Shown here: piece after piece, positions 35,989-48,570 of the stretch
Layout: every line of letters begins with the position of its first letter
Numbering within the stretch: position 1 is the first letter of the stretch
Assembly: GCA_013239625.1 (NCBI GenBank)
Contig: MU054662.1
Span: 14,311,798-14,375,797, forward strand
Direction of reading: 5' to 3'
DNA from: Lama guanicoe
Taxonomy: Eukaryota
DNA length: 64,000 nucleotides
The notes under the pieces: generated by a model
Told to the model about the DNA's origin: nothing
The model's input: only the letters and a program-made list of their open reading frames with translations
Databases searched by the model: none
Program-made: the position numbers and the translations under genes

Positions 35989-38900
35989 CTTACCTTCCAG
36001 TGGCTCCTGAGGCAGGGTGTGGGAATGGAAGGGCACTGGAGGTTCTGGGTTGTCAGAAAGACCCGGGAGGTGACGCACTACGGACAGTCAGTGGGCCAGG
36101 GCCAGAGATGCTAAATGCCGCCTGTAACCCATGCTGCTCCCCCAGTGCCAACACTGCTCCTTTAGGAAACTCTGGACTGATATGCACCAGCCTCTTTGCC
36201 CATAACCGCCCCCACCATGCAGCTCCCTCGCCAGAGCCACAGTCACGCTGGCCTCCTTCCCCTCCTCAGACACGGCCAGCTCGCTGCTGCCTAGGAACTT
36301 TGTCCTCACCATCTCTCTGCTGAGCCGTCTCCCTCCCCCGCCTGCCCCCGTGCTCGGTCACTTCAGCTAGACCTGATGGTGGTGATGGTGGGGGTTAAAA
36401 AAACGCCCACTGTCCAACTGCGTCATGATTGAGCGTGAATGCAAGATACACATGTGTATTTTTGGACTTTGTTACCGCTGTGTTTGTAAACAAATGAAAT
36501 GTCAGGTAAATAGCCCTTTTTCAGACTGTGACAAAAATGGCCCAGGTGGCCGCATGGCCGGTTCCTTCAGGTGTCGCCTCCCTGTCCAAGGTGGTCCCTC
36601 CTCCCTGACGCGTCCGCTGTGCTCCCAGGAACCCCAAGAAGTGGCCGTGTCCACCGCGTCCAGCTTCATTATTTTCTCTCTACTCTCGTGAGGACAGGAT
36701 CGTCGTGTCACCTTCCCCTGAGTTCCCAGAGCATAGCGGGAGCTCAAGAGACATGGATCAGACCGCGACTGGACTCTGTGCTGGGAGCCGAAAGACGCGA
36801 AGCTCCCTGCCGGCCCCATGCCAGGGAGCGTGGGCTCTGGAACTCATGGGGCAAAGCAGCCTCGGCCCCTGCGTCCCTGGGGGAAAGCCTGGCCCCTGCG
36901 TGTCCCCCGGCGGGGGGGTGTGAACGGGTTTCGGCCTCAGCCCACGAGAGTGCTGCTGCCCCTGCCCCAGACTGACCCTCACTTACTCTTGCTCTGCCAG
37001 CCCAGCCCCAGCCACCCAGACCCTGGCAGTCTCCCCATGGCTGACTCCTGGAGCCGATGGCCCACCGGGGCTCCTTCGGGCCCCACCTGCCCCAGGGCCC
37101 CTCACCCGCCAGCCCAGGGCTGACTGAGTCTGCCCTGCCCCCTGACTCTGCCCTCGAGGGCCAGCTGTCCCTATGGAAGCACCACAGGACCCGCTTCCCG
37201 CAGCCCCTGCTCTGTCTGGACCTGATTCCTCACTGTCCTCCTCCAACTCGGATTCCCGGAACCCCAGCCTGCCTCTTGCACAAACCCGCTTAGGCCCAGC
37301 AGCAGACCACCCCACTGGTGACCTCTAACCTGATCCCAGTATCTCCTTGCCGGCCACCTGCACTTCAGATCGGCTGAGTCTTGGGCGCATTGGCAAATCT
37401 CTCATCCGATGGCACCCTTGGGAGCCCAGTTCCAGGCTGTGTGCAGAGGACGGGGGGTCACACAGGACAAAGTTCCCAATAAGAGGCCTCAGCCGTGTGG
37501 GTGAGGGGCCACTGCTCCCCAGCTGGTCACCCCGGCTGGACTCAGGTGTCTGCTCCCTGCCTCTGGCTCAGCACTGTCTCTGGAAGCTTGTTAAACCTGT
37601 GAATGTTGTTATTAATATGCAAACTGGGAGGAGGGTAACAGCAGGATCACCACTCACCCATTTGATCAGAACAGGGGACAAAGGAAAAAAAGGCAGGGGA
37701 AGGAGGTGCCAAGACAAAGGCTTTTGTCTCAGGATTTCGCCTGCCTCGGGGGTCAGCCCTGGAGCTGTTCTCCTGGCAGGAGCCCCAGGCAGGCGGGGAT
37801 CCCCAGGTGTCACCTCGGGGCTCAGTCTGCTCCGCTGTGCCCCCGCCCCCCGCCTCCCGCCTCCCGGGTGCGGATCTGGCCTCTGCGCTGTCCCTGGAGG
37901 GTGAACACTTACCTTTTTGCCTTAGGTCTGTTGACACGAGGTTGGAACTGTTCAAGGGGAATTCCTGAGCTGTGGGAGGAAAGCAGCTGGGGAGAAACGG
38001 GAGCAGCAGCCAGGGCTCTCCTCCAGCGTCTGCAGGTGGGGCGACCCTGCTCAGGGACGGCACTTCCACGTGCCCTCGTGGTTTGAGATTCCTGTACTTT
38101 ACAATCACATCAGGCCTATGAACGCCCCGCTGAGTGAGTTTTCTGTGTCGGGGTGTAGCTCGTTTGTACGACAGCAGTTCACGCTAATGAAGAGTGTAAA
38201 TTGCCGTACAGATCGCAGTCTTTCTAATATTCCATCTTTTCATTTGATCTATAAAGTTTTATCAAGTGTATTTAACGCATTTGTTGAAACCACCTGGCAG
38301 CTGGGAGCAAAGGCTTCCCCAGGGCTCCAGCCTGAAGTAGCTTCTGGCTGAGGCCCCCCCAGGGCAGGCCCCCGGGTACGGATGCAGGTGGGACCATCTC
38401 TGCACGCAGCCCCGGCACCATCCACATGCCCGGCTCTTCACCCCCAAGCTGACGGAGGGACCGCTCCCTCTGGCCCACAGGCATCGCAGTCCCCAGATTC
38501 AGTCACAGGGATTCCTCCCTCATCCTCCTGATGGGAGGGCCTACGCTCTCTGTCCTGGAGGCCTCGTGTGAACTTGGCCTTCTCTCGGTCACTAACCAGC
38601 TGTGTGGCAGGCGCAGTGAGGTTTGTACCTGGAACTGGCCCCTCCACTTCAGTGCTGCCCGAGAGCGCCTTCTGCAGTGGCGGAGACAGTCAACAAGACG
38701 TGGTCGGTGTGGCGACCACTCGCCAGCCAGGTGTGGCCTCCGAGCAGCCACGGGGGCTGAGGCGATAGTTCTATTTCATCAGTTCATTTAACTGTAAAGA
38801 GCCAGGCGAGCTAGCGGGCACCAGCTCAGTGGGTCAGCTGAGGACCGCACAGCCTCCTGGACACGACCGGCCCCCGGGCGTCGTCTGGCTCCAGTCAACA

Positions 38901-39284
38901 GCCAGCCCTTCACTCTCCGTCGGTTACAAGACCACTGGCGTGGGATCTGATAGTCAAACTCCTGTTTAGTCCAAGAGGCGTTTTCCTTTCATCTATTTGC
39001 AAAGCAGATTTATATCCTTAACTTCTCATTATCCCTTTAACCTGCTGGATGACCTGTTTCTCTTCAGTTGAGGGTGTAAACTCTGCTGCCTCCCCAGGAA
39101 CTGCCCAGGTGCCCGAGAGGCCGAGGCAAACTACCTGACCAGAAAGGCGAAAACAAAGTTATGTCGTGAAGAACCTCAACGTTAAGGAGAAGTTATATTT
39201 TGATGTGATGTCAAAAGAGGTGAAAAACCGTTGAAAACTTCAGAGCCAAAAGGGACAGAGGTAGCAGGCATTTACAGGAGCCTG

Positions 39285-39394
39285 GGAGATTTGAAGCCGG
39301 GAAGACCTGAATTTGAGTCTTTTAACCGACAAGGAATATGCAATTCAACCTGAGCCTCAACTTCTTTGTCTGTAAAACGGGAGTAATTCTCACT
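39285..39394 (+). mobile_element. MIR fragment (5' part, split by MLT2; remainder at ~39817-39890)
   Basis: CTGAGCCTCAACTTCTTTGTCTGTAAAACGGGAGTAAT resembles the MIR core. Confidence 0.6.
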
Positions 39395-39816
39395 GGTGTT
39401 AGTCAGAGCTCTCCTGAGAAACAGGACCAACCAGGTGTGTATACACAGAGGGGGAGACGTTTGTTTTAAGGAATTGGCTCATGTGATGGAGGAGGCTGGA
39501 AAGTCCAACAGCTTCAGGGTGGGGTGGCAGGCTGGAGGCCCAGGGGGCAATGTTGCAGCTCAGGTCCAAGTCTGTCTGCTGCAGAATTCCTTTGCCCAGG
39601 GGCAGTCAGGCTTTTGTTCTAGCCAGGCCTTCAAGTGATCGGACGTGGCCCACCCACATTGTGGAGGACAATGTGCTTTGCTCTAAGTCCACCGATTTTA
39701 ATGTTACTCTCATCCCAGACACCTCACGGAATCATCAGATGTTCTGCAGAACCATGTCCGGCTCCTGTCTGCACCCTGTGCCCCAGCCAGGTCGACACAC
39801 GACGTTGACTATCACA
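39395..39816 (-). mobile_element. MLT2 (ERVL) solo LTR
   Basis: TGTTAGTCAGAGCTCTCCTGAGAAACAG...AAGGAATTGGCTCATGTGATGGAGGAGGCTGG...GCCCACCCACATTGTGGAGGACAAT...GTCCACCGATTTTAATGTT...TATCACA. Confidence 0.9.
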
Positions 39817-40229
39817 TTGCCCGTGGTGAGGTCACATTCACTCAAGTGTTGCGCGGAGTGCTCGTGACCGTCTGCGGCCACGTGCGGGAGGAAAGCAGTC
39901 GTGGGGAAACAGTGTCCACCGTCTGGAGCCATAAACAGGACCAAGTGAGAGGGTGACCGTGGGCCTGCTTGGGAGGAGAAAGGACAGCCTGATGGTGGCC
40001 CAGCTCTGGGGGTCCTGGATGCTCACGGAGCAGGAAGCAGTGGATGTGGTGACATTTTAAAGAGGAAGTCACCATGGACGTGATGAGGAGCCGGACGTGG
40101 TAGGGAGAGAGACAGAAGAGACACGGGCAGAAGCAGGAGGGAGGGTGACGGTTCCGGTTCTGACCCGTGGGGTTCAGGGCGGCAGCAGGTTATTTACAAG
40201 AACCTTCCCATAGACAGCGGAAGCTTCTA

Positions 40230-40700
40230 TCGGTAAGAACCGTGGAGGGTCTGAGATCTTACCCACTAGCGAGCTCGGGAGGTAGCCTGCTGCTGGCCTG
40301 TGGATGCTGGTGGAAGACACGAGGCCCCTGGTTGGAGACAGAGGACATCACCCCTCCCAGCAGTAGCCGTGGCCAGAGCATCAGTGCTCGCGCCCCAAGC
40401 CCCGGTTCCCACGGGACGGCACGAAAAGGGCGGGTGGCAGCCGCTCGGGTGGTGAGTTCCCGGAGAGGAGCCTCTAGTTAGGAAACCGGGGTCCTTATGG
40501 TAGGCTCTCGGCTGCCTGCCCTTCGTCCTGGGAGACATTGCCCTGACTGGACTTGGCGGAGACCGTCTCCCCCACCCAGGTTCTCCTGCTCCACAAACGT
40601 CCAGGCAGAGGTCGTCTGGAGGAGGGTCAGCGCCTCTGCTCGCAAGACGTGCAGACAGGAGCCCCAGGGGCACGTGCCGAGGGCATCTTGCCATTAATGA
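40230..40700 (-). mobile_element. ERVL LTR of the MER54/MER74 group
   Basis: CCGTGGAGGGTCTGAGATCTTACCC...TGGATGCTGGTGGAAGACACGAG and GGTCAGCGCCTCTGCTCGCAAGACGTGCAGA. Confidence 0.7.
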
Positions 40701-40763
40701 GAACCACAGGGGCCTGTCCGGCCACAGCGCTGGTTATCAACAGGCTGAGGCCAGCAGGTGAGA

Positions 40764-40842
40764 TCACACACACACACACACAGCCACCATACACAACAGT
40801 CACACACACAACCATAATCACACACACAACCACACACACACT
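40764..40842. repeat. CA-rich simple repeat
   Basis: Interrupted (CA)n blocks. Confidence 0.85.
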
Positions 40843-41479
40843 CTCCATCCCTGGACACAGGGCTCCACTCCGCCCTCCCCCGGCCCCTCCCCCTAGAAGC
40901 TGGTGGCCTCGGTGTTCAGCTTCTCTGGGCCTCGGCCCCCTCGCCTGTGAGGTGGGACTCCTCGCGATGCCCGTCAGGAGCGCGCCAGCTCACAGAAAGC
41001 GCCCCTGAATGTCGGCCGTTACTTTCGCTCTGCGCAGAGAGCGCCGAGGGAGGTGCTTACGGGAATCTGACACCTGTCACTTTGACCAACCCTTTTTTTT
41101 AAAAAACCCTTGAAACACACAGTATTAACCTCTGTTTTAATGAAGGAAGAGAGGCTGAGAGGGGTCAGCTCTCACTGCCTGGAGGCTGAGTCCCAGGGCG
41201 GGTGTGGCTGGCCAGGCTCCGCTCCAAGTGCGTCCACGCTGCCCTCCTGGCCTCCACGCGTGTTCCAACCTCTCCTTCTTCAGTGTCTTTACATCCTGCT
41301 CCCTGTTCTCCAGGCACCTGTCACCCTGCCATACATCTGGCCGGCACCTCCTCTGGGCCACCTGCCCGTGGGCAACAGTGTGATTAAGAGGCATCCACCC
41401 TGGGTTGTGCTGGGCCTGCAGGCCCTCAGCCTGGGGAGCAGGCTGCCCTTGGCTGCCACTCACCAGACCCCCCCTACAA

Positions 41480-41708
41480 TCTTCACAATCACATGGAGCA
41501 GCCCCCAGGCTCAAATATTCCTCCGAGAGGTCCCCCAACCCCAGTACTTGCTAAGTCGTGACTGTATTTTTGCATGTTTATTTGTTCATGTTTATCGTCC
41601 CCCTCTAGGCTCAGTGAGAACAGGAACTTCACCTGATTTATCGCTGGCACATACTAGTTACTAAATAAACATAAATTACATAAATAACTGAATGAATAAA
41701 TGAATGAA
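41480..41708 (+). mobile_element. L2 3' end
   Basis: TTTATTTGTTCATGTTTATCGTCCCCCTCTAG...GAGAACAGGAACTT...CTGGCACATA, ending TGAATGAATAAATGAATGAA. Confidence 0.7.
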
Positions 41709-42204
41709 AGAGCAAGGCTTGGATTCACTAGCTCCCCTATCGGATTCCAAGAACAACCCCGATTAGGGTCAAAGATTCTCTCTGATGAGACGGACAGAAC
41801 AGCCCCAAGCGGCCGTCTGGACCCACTCATCGCGCTCAGTATTGTATTCTGAATTTCCAGAATGGCTCTACCGGCTCACAACCATTTCCCCAGCGATGAC
41901 CACGGCCCCTGACACACGGTAGGTACTTAATACATTTTTGTCACGTGAACAAATGTTTCCAGCAGGTGTGACTTCAGAGCAGTTGCATTTCTCTGTTTTA
42001 AGCCAGAATCCTATTTCCTTGATTAAATATTAACCAGAAAACCATATTTTCTGGAAATTATTAGGAAGTCCTCTAGAAATTTCAGAGTTGGAGCGTTCAA
42101 ACATCAAGATGATAAATGAGTAGATCTTGCTGCCACGGTTTCTTTACAAATAACAATAACACGGCGCACACGACAAACGCAGTCTCCGCCACTTTCCGTC
42201 TTGT

Positions 42205-42340
42205 GTCCTTTGGAAAACAGCCCCCCTGAGCCTCAGTTGCTCACCTGTACGTGCAGGTAATCAGAACGCCTACCACCAGGGGAGCCGTGAAGCTTGCACT
42301 CGGCTTCACCCGGCACGTGGAGGCAGCTACCATTATAACT
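42205..42340 (+). mobile_element. MIR fragment
   Basis: CCTGAGCCTCAGTTGCTCACCTGTA...TAATCAGAACGCCTACC. Confidence 0.55.
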
Positions 42341-44779
42341 GCTTGAGCAAAAGGCATCATTTCAGAAGGAAGCTGTTTAAAACTCTGAGAAAATGTTGTA
42401 GGAAAGGTTTCCTGACATCACTCCACATACAGAAAAAAGCCAGGAAATTCCTTGAAGCGCACTGCCCTCGTGAGAGTATTCCGTCCAAATTCCACTTCTC
42501 CCGCAGCCCACCATCCAGCTTGAGGTGGATTCTGATTGAAATTATAAAAAAAGAAAAAATTGGCAACAAGAATGTATATTGCAAAACAAAGTGTGTCGCT
42601 TTTAAAGTGATTCTGGAGCCTCTGTAATTAGTCTAGCAAGTTTCAAAGATACATTCTGTGGCCGTCATTCAGTTGTTATTTCTTTTGGTAATCTGACTTT
42701 CTGAAAAAATAAATAAATAACAATAAGCTGGGGGAACATCTGCTCTGAAGCCGCCTGGGGCTGGGGGCCCGGCCTTGGAGGGGTCTGTCTTAGGAGGAGC
42801 CCCTTGGACCCCACTTTGCTCCCTCCTGGCAGGCTGCTCTGGGGTCACTTCTCAGTTCTGGTGGCTGCTGAAACAAGACAGACGCTGCTGCACAAAATAG
42901 CTCGAGAACATAGCAGAGCCTGTTGCTTCCAGCACTTGGAAAATCTGACATTCAAATATGCAAATATTTTATGGCACGAAGAGAAATGAGAGAAGGAGAA
43001 GGAGCTGTAAAGTCACATTTGAAATGAAACATCCTGGAGATGTAAGCAAACTGGGATTTACACTCGGGATTATAATTAAACCAGCGCTGTCATCAGAGAA
43101 GGGCCCCTGAGTCTGCTGCAGCCCCTCCGGGGACAGGCGGCTGCGTGGCGCACGCGGCCCAGTGCCCCTCGGTGCAAAGGGCATCAGGGAAGTTAGAATG
43201 CTGCCGCCCCCATTTCAATAGGGCGATATTTTTGTTTCTTTTAACAAAGGGGATTCCTTGGAGTACGAGGGTAAACTTGGTCAGCCACCCATCGAGTGCC
43301 CGTGAGCTGAGTGGTTTTCCAGGAGCTGTAGGGGCGAACACAGTCCATCTCACTCTCACCTGGTGGCCTGAAGAGAAAAAGAAACCAGAGCCCAAGACCG
43401 GGTCGCACGCTAACAGCCAGCTCGCAGGACCAGGGGCGTGGCCTCTCAGGCCCACCTCCTCGCGGAGCTGGTGGAGTTGGTCGAGGAGATTCAAGGTCAC
43501 CTTCCCCACCGTGGACCCTGGGGACAGTGGCGGAGGGAAGATTGGAATCCGCAGCCCCGAATTAGAGTGATGGTCTCGTGATGTACTCGTTTTGTGGACG
43601 TGGGGGGTGGCTGAAGGGTATGAGCCCTGGCTCCCATCTGTGAAGAGGCAGGAACAGCCCGTCTCACGAGGTCGCTCTGACGATGAAGTGCAATTTTGTA
43701 AGTAACGCGTCTGCCGCAGAGTGGATCCTGGTTTTGAGACAGGCTGGGACCTGGGCCCCTGGCCTGCAGAGCTTGCGCCTGGCAAACGCCTTCTGGAGGA
43801 ACAGAACACAAGGAACCCGCGAGGGACTGAAAATAACTGCACCGTGTGCCGTCGGGGGCACGGACGGACAGTAAGACACGTGAAGCCCACAGACCAGCGG
43901 CCAATGCTGAGGTGGCGGGGGGCTCTGAGTGTGCCCCTGCACACGGCCCCGCCAGGCGGCGGGCAGACCCGACCTCACCCCACTTAAGGGACCAGCCTGC
44001 CCACCTCGGGGAGCGAACTAGGGCACCCATTTCCTGCTCTCGCCCCCTCACGGCGGCAGGAGCCCAAACTCCTCGTCTGGCCTCCCATCAGTTTCTATTG
44101 ATTACAGAGTTCCAGGCCCTAGGTTGGTACCAGTTTCACTCCCTCTTTCTTAGAATTTCCTCTCCTTTGTGATGGAAGCCACACAATCCATCTAGATGAG
44201 AGGAGTGAGGGCTGGGAACCTGCACCCCTGACCCCACGGTGCCGCGCTCCAGACAACAGAGGACCAGCCCAGGGCTGACCCCACCGAGACAGTGAGGCGG
44301 CCTGACGGTCTAGGTGCAGGTGCAGCCACTCACGGGAGGGGGCCCTTGACTGAGCCCACCAGCGGCACTCTGTTACTCATAACTGGCCATCCTCCGATGC
44401 CACGTGCACCTGCAGGTCACGACCGTCATCAGGTGGTGTGGGTTTAGTGGAGAGCAGTTATTCTGAACGTCAGTCCAGCAATAAGGGGTAGCAACCGGAC
44501 TTCCCCTCCCCGTCAATCACATGAAGGTATCCACAAACGAGTTCCACTGTGTTTTGACTTCGGCAGTAACACCATCTCCCCTTATTTGACAGACACTGGA
44601 ATCCGTTGATTTAATCAATCCAGCCGGTTACACTGGCATTAGCTCCAAATTTTAAACACTATGCACTATGCGAGGCCCTTGAAGTAAGTGAGAAGAACAT
44701 TTCTTTGACTTGATTGGACAGAGGAACTCTGATTTAGCAACAGGCTTGACTGCGTGGAAAGACATTGCTGGGAGGTGAA

Positions 44780-45232
44780 ACTCAGTCACCGGCTGCTAAC
44801 AAGTCACTCGGAAACAGTGGCTTTAAACACTCAACACCACTTGTGGACCCAGGAGGAATCCAGGAGCAGCTTGGCTACAGGGTCCCGGCGTGGGGAGTCC
44901 ACGGGACTGTGGGCAGGTGTCAGCCTGGGCCACGCCACCTGCAGGCTTGCCTGGGGCAGGAGGACCCCCTCCAGGTGGCTCAGTCTCCTGTCCGGAAAGG
45001 TCGCCTGATTTCTGGCGGGAGTTCGCCCTGGTGGACCTCTCTACAGGGCAGCAGGCTCTCCCAGGAGGGAGCAGGGCGAGATACCCTCTCTGCTGTCCTG
45101 GAAGCCGCCCTCTGTAGCTCTGCAGTTTCCGACTGGCCGTCCAGTCAGGGTGGGGATTGGGAGGGGACCTCGAAGGATGTGGGTCCTGGAGGTGTGGATC
45201 ACTGGGGGCCAGACTGGAGACAAGGACCACAC
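44780..45232 (-). mobile_element. MLT1-family (MLT1H-like) solo LTR
   Basis: AACAGTGGCTTTAAACAC...GGAATCCAGGAGCAGCTTGGCT...CTGGGGCAGGAGGACCCCCTCCAGGTGGCTCA...GGAGGTGTGGATCACTGGGGGCCA...ACCACA. Confidence 0.7.
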
Positions 45233-45834
45233 AGATGGCTGGAGAGAGAGCTGAGTTTAGGCTGCAGAGGGGACACTGGGCAGCAACTCTGACCAAAGAC
45301 AGAGAGAGGAAGGAACAAAGCTGTCCACTGAGACAAGATCAGAGAAGCCGCAGAAACCACCAACTCTCCACCCCTGCTAGGGAGGCAGGCAGTGGTCTGG
45401 CCACTAGCAGCCTGCCCGGGTGCAGGGAGTGAAGGCAGGATGGAGCGGTGACGGGGCCAGAGGCAGTGGCAGGGCTGCTGCTGCCTTGGGGATGGGGGGC
45501 TGTCTGAGAGGCTGACAGCAGCAAAGCCTCTTCTGTCCCCTCCCGGTCCGTCCCGAAGTTCCCAAGCAGAGGAAGGTGAGGAAGGATGGGGGACGGGACC
45601 TGCCTCAGGCACTGCCCTCCGCCCGGGTGATGGCACCGAGCAGGAGTGACCCGGCCCCCAGCTCCCTGGGGAGTGAGTCTGAACTCGGACAGAGATCATG
45701 GGTTGTGCTGACTTGGTTACCCTGATGCTCAACAAAGTCAGGGCTGATCTGCTCAGAACCGGGCTCTGTCCCTCGAGGGAGAAGTGGGCGGAAAAGGCCA
45801 ACCGGAGATGGACGGGCAGCCGGGACCTTGTCGC

Positions 45835-45850
45835 CAGGAAGTGACGTCAT
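45835..45850 (+). promoter_or_regulatory. Overlapping ETS-CRE composite motif
   Basis: CAGGAAGTGACGTCAT: ETS GGAAGT overlaps the perfect palindromic CRE TGACGTCA (45842-45849). Confidence 0.55.
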
Positions 45851-47195
45851 CAGATCCGGGAAGCCTGCAGGGACCTCTGACCACAGACCCCCTGGGGGAG
45901 CTTCTCAACTGCCTCCCACGCCTTCAGGCCCGAGGCGGGTCAGGGCGAATGTCTGCAAAGTCACACTGTGCAGACAGTGGCCCTGCGGAAGGAAGAGCTG
46001 AGAGTCCCGAGGGCGGAGAAGCAGCATCTCCCGGAGCCCTCGGCCCGCAGAGGGGCGTGTGCCGTCCCCGTCTGTCAGGTACGTCTTAGTTGCCTGGAGA
46101 AGCCACCCCAGCCCTTCCCAACTCCACTGCCTCCGCACCCCCAGTCATGGGGGGCCCACGGGAGGGTCTTAGCCTCTGGGTCCTTGCCTTTCTAGTCACT
46201 CGACGCCCACCCGAGGCAGACTCGGGGCCTCGCCACTGTCCCGAGAGCTGTAGGGAGCGCCCAGCTCTGCTCTGCTTGTGTGCGTGGACAGTGTCGCCCC
46301 GGGGGGTCTCACCCTGTTGCAGAGCCATCCCATCTCCGTGCGCACTGGATCCCCCAGCACGACCCCCCCAGGAGGGGGGGCTGCGCATCTTCCCCTCCGG
46401 GGAGGGGGTCCCTGAGCCTCTCCCCCTTTACCCGATGGCCAGGCCAAGGCCCCCCTACCCTGACGTAGGGCATGAATATACACGCACGCACATACACGCG
46501 TAGCCTAAGAAAACTTCACGCTAGAAAATGTCTATTTAAAGAACACTTAACAGGCAGCCACCCCAGAAGAAAAACGGGCAAGAAGCCTGGACAGGTGACA
46601 CAGAGAGGACGCCACCCAGCTGGCGTCAGTGACAGGCGCGGCCGAGCCCCAGGGGTCAGCAAGGACACGCAGCCAGAGCCAGAGGCAGCCACCACGCCCG
46701 CCAGCACAGCAGCTGGAAACAGCTTCTCTGGGGGTCAGGGAAGCGGAGACGGCAGGGGTCTCCCTTAGGGCCTTATGTCAACTGAAGCCACGACATTTGA
46801 GGCGACACTCGCTGGCGGACCCCTGCCCATGAGCACCTGCACGCCACCTCCCCAATTGGCCTGGTTTTCTGAGAACACAGGGACCCCAGGCTCCAAGAAG
46901 TAGCAGCCTGGTGGACAAGGCAGAAGCCACGCTGCTCCATGCCCTGGTCTTTCTTGGGTGTCAGCTGGCATCATTTTCCCCAGAATCTGTTGGTTTAAAC
47001 AATCACGGACGTGCCCTTATTCGAGGGGTGGGGAAACAGAATTTGCAGCCATTTAAAACATCTGCCCCAGGTACTAAGATCACTAAGGCCACACGTGAGC
47101 TCTGGAGACCTGCCTCTGACAGTGCAGCCGCCTCGAGTAGTGAGTGCTGCCTGGTTCAGAGGCCAACTCCACCACTCACTTCTGCATGCCCTGTA

Positions 47196-48055
47196 TTTTT
47201 TAATTAATTACTTTATTTTTAATTGAAATATAGTTGGTTTACAATGTTGTGTTAGTTCCAGGTGTACAGCAAAGTGATTCAGCTGTACATATGTATTTTT
47301 CAGATTCTTTTTCATTAGAGGCCATTACAACATATTGAATATAGTTCCCTGTGCTCTACAGGAGGTCCTTGTTGTTCTATCTATTTTATGTATAGTAGTG
47401 TGTATCTGTTAATCGCAAACTCCTGATTTATCCCTCCCCTGCTCCTTTGGTAACCATACATTTGTTTTCTATGTCTGTGAGTCTATCTCTGTTCTATAAA
47501 TAAGTTCATTTGTATCACTTTTCAGATTTCATGTGGTATTTTTCTTTCTCCATCTGACTTAACTTCACTCAGTATGACAATCTCCAGGTCCATCCATGTT
47601 GCTGCAAATGGCATTTCATCCTTTTTTAAGGCTGAGTAGTATTCCATTATATAAATACACCACAGCTCCTTTATCCAGTCATCTGCCGGTGGACATTTAG
47701 GTGCTTCCGTGTCTTGGCTGTTGCAAGTAGTGCTGCTGTGAGCACTAGGTGGGGGGGAGGCGTGTGTCTTTTCGAATTAGTTTTCTCCAGATACATGCCC
47801 AGGAGTGGGATTGCGGGATCACAGGGTAAGTCTATTTTTAGTTTTTTAAGGAACCTCCATACTGTCCTCCACAGTGGCTGTACCAATTTACACTCCTGCC
47901 AGCACTGCAGGAGGGCTCCCTTTTCTCCACGTCCTCTCCAGTGTTTATTGTTTGTGGACTTTTCGGTAGTGGCCGTTCTGACCGGTGTGAGGAGACACCT
48001 CTCTGTGGCTTGATTTGTGTTTCCCTGATGATCAGTGAAGCTGAGCATCTTTTCG
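47196..48055 (-). mobile_element. 5'-truncated L1 (cetartiodactyl-type 3' UTR) inserted into a MIR, with target-site duplication
   Basis: T-rich tail at 47196-47222. ORF2 C-terminal peptide [38 protein letters not shown] on minus. TSD CTGCATGCCCTGTA (47182-47195) / CTGCATGTCCTTTA (48056-48069). MIR halves at ~47145-47195 and ~48056-48200. Confidence 0.92.
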
Positions 48056-48354
48056 CTGCATGTCCTTTAGAAGTTACTTGATGTAACTTGTCTGCTGGAT
48101 TCCTCCTTTGTAAACTGGAGATGCTGGCAGCACTGTCCCCCTTGGCCCCGTCGGAAGGAGAGTGTGGTCCTTGGCGAACTTGCTCAGTGAGCGCTGCTCC
48201 ACCCAGAACTGTGCCCCCCCCACGACCGTGGCCTCCAGCTGCGTCAGTCCCGACGTACTCGCACCTCCACATGCTTCCTGTGGAAGAACCTCCTTCCTGG
48301 GAACTCGGCTGAACGATGGTTTCTGGGGAGGGCGTCACAGTGGGATTCACACTC

Positions 48355-48570
48355 GAATGGAGTCAGTCAGGTGGTCCTGAGTCTACATCCTATTTCTGCT
48401 CTTTTTTTGTTGGATGTGGGATAAGATGTTTATTCTCTGAGACACAGTTTCCTCATCTGTAGGGAGGAGAAAAATGGGACCTCCTTGACAAAAGGGCTGA
48501 GGAAGTCACACAAAAAGTGTTTATGGGAGAACCCAGCACCCAGCACAGAGCCCAGGGCATGAGTATTTGC
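48355..48570 (+). mobile_element. MIR SINE
   Basis: TTCTCTGAGACACAGTTTCCTCATCTGTAGGG core. Confidence 0.75.

Noticed and set aside
35512-39816. Possible provirus between two MLT2 LTRs
   Set aside because: The LTRs are in opposite orientation, differ internally, and no gag/pol sequence lies between them.
47671-48048. L1 ORF2-like peptides (also 32238-32615) as genes
   Set aside because: 5'-truncated, decayed retrotransposon fragments.
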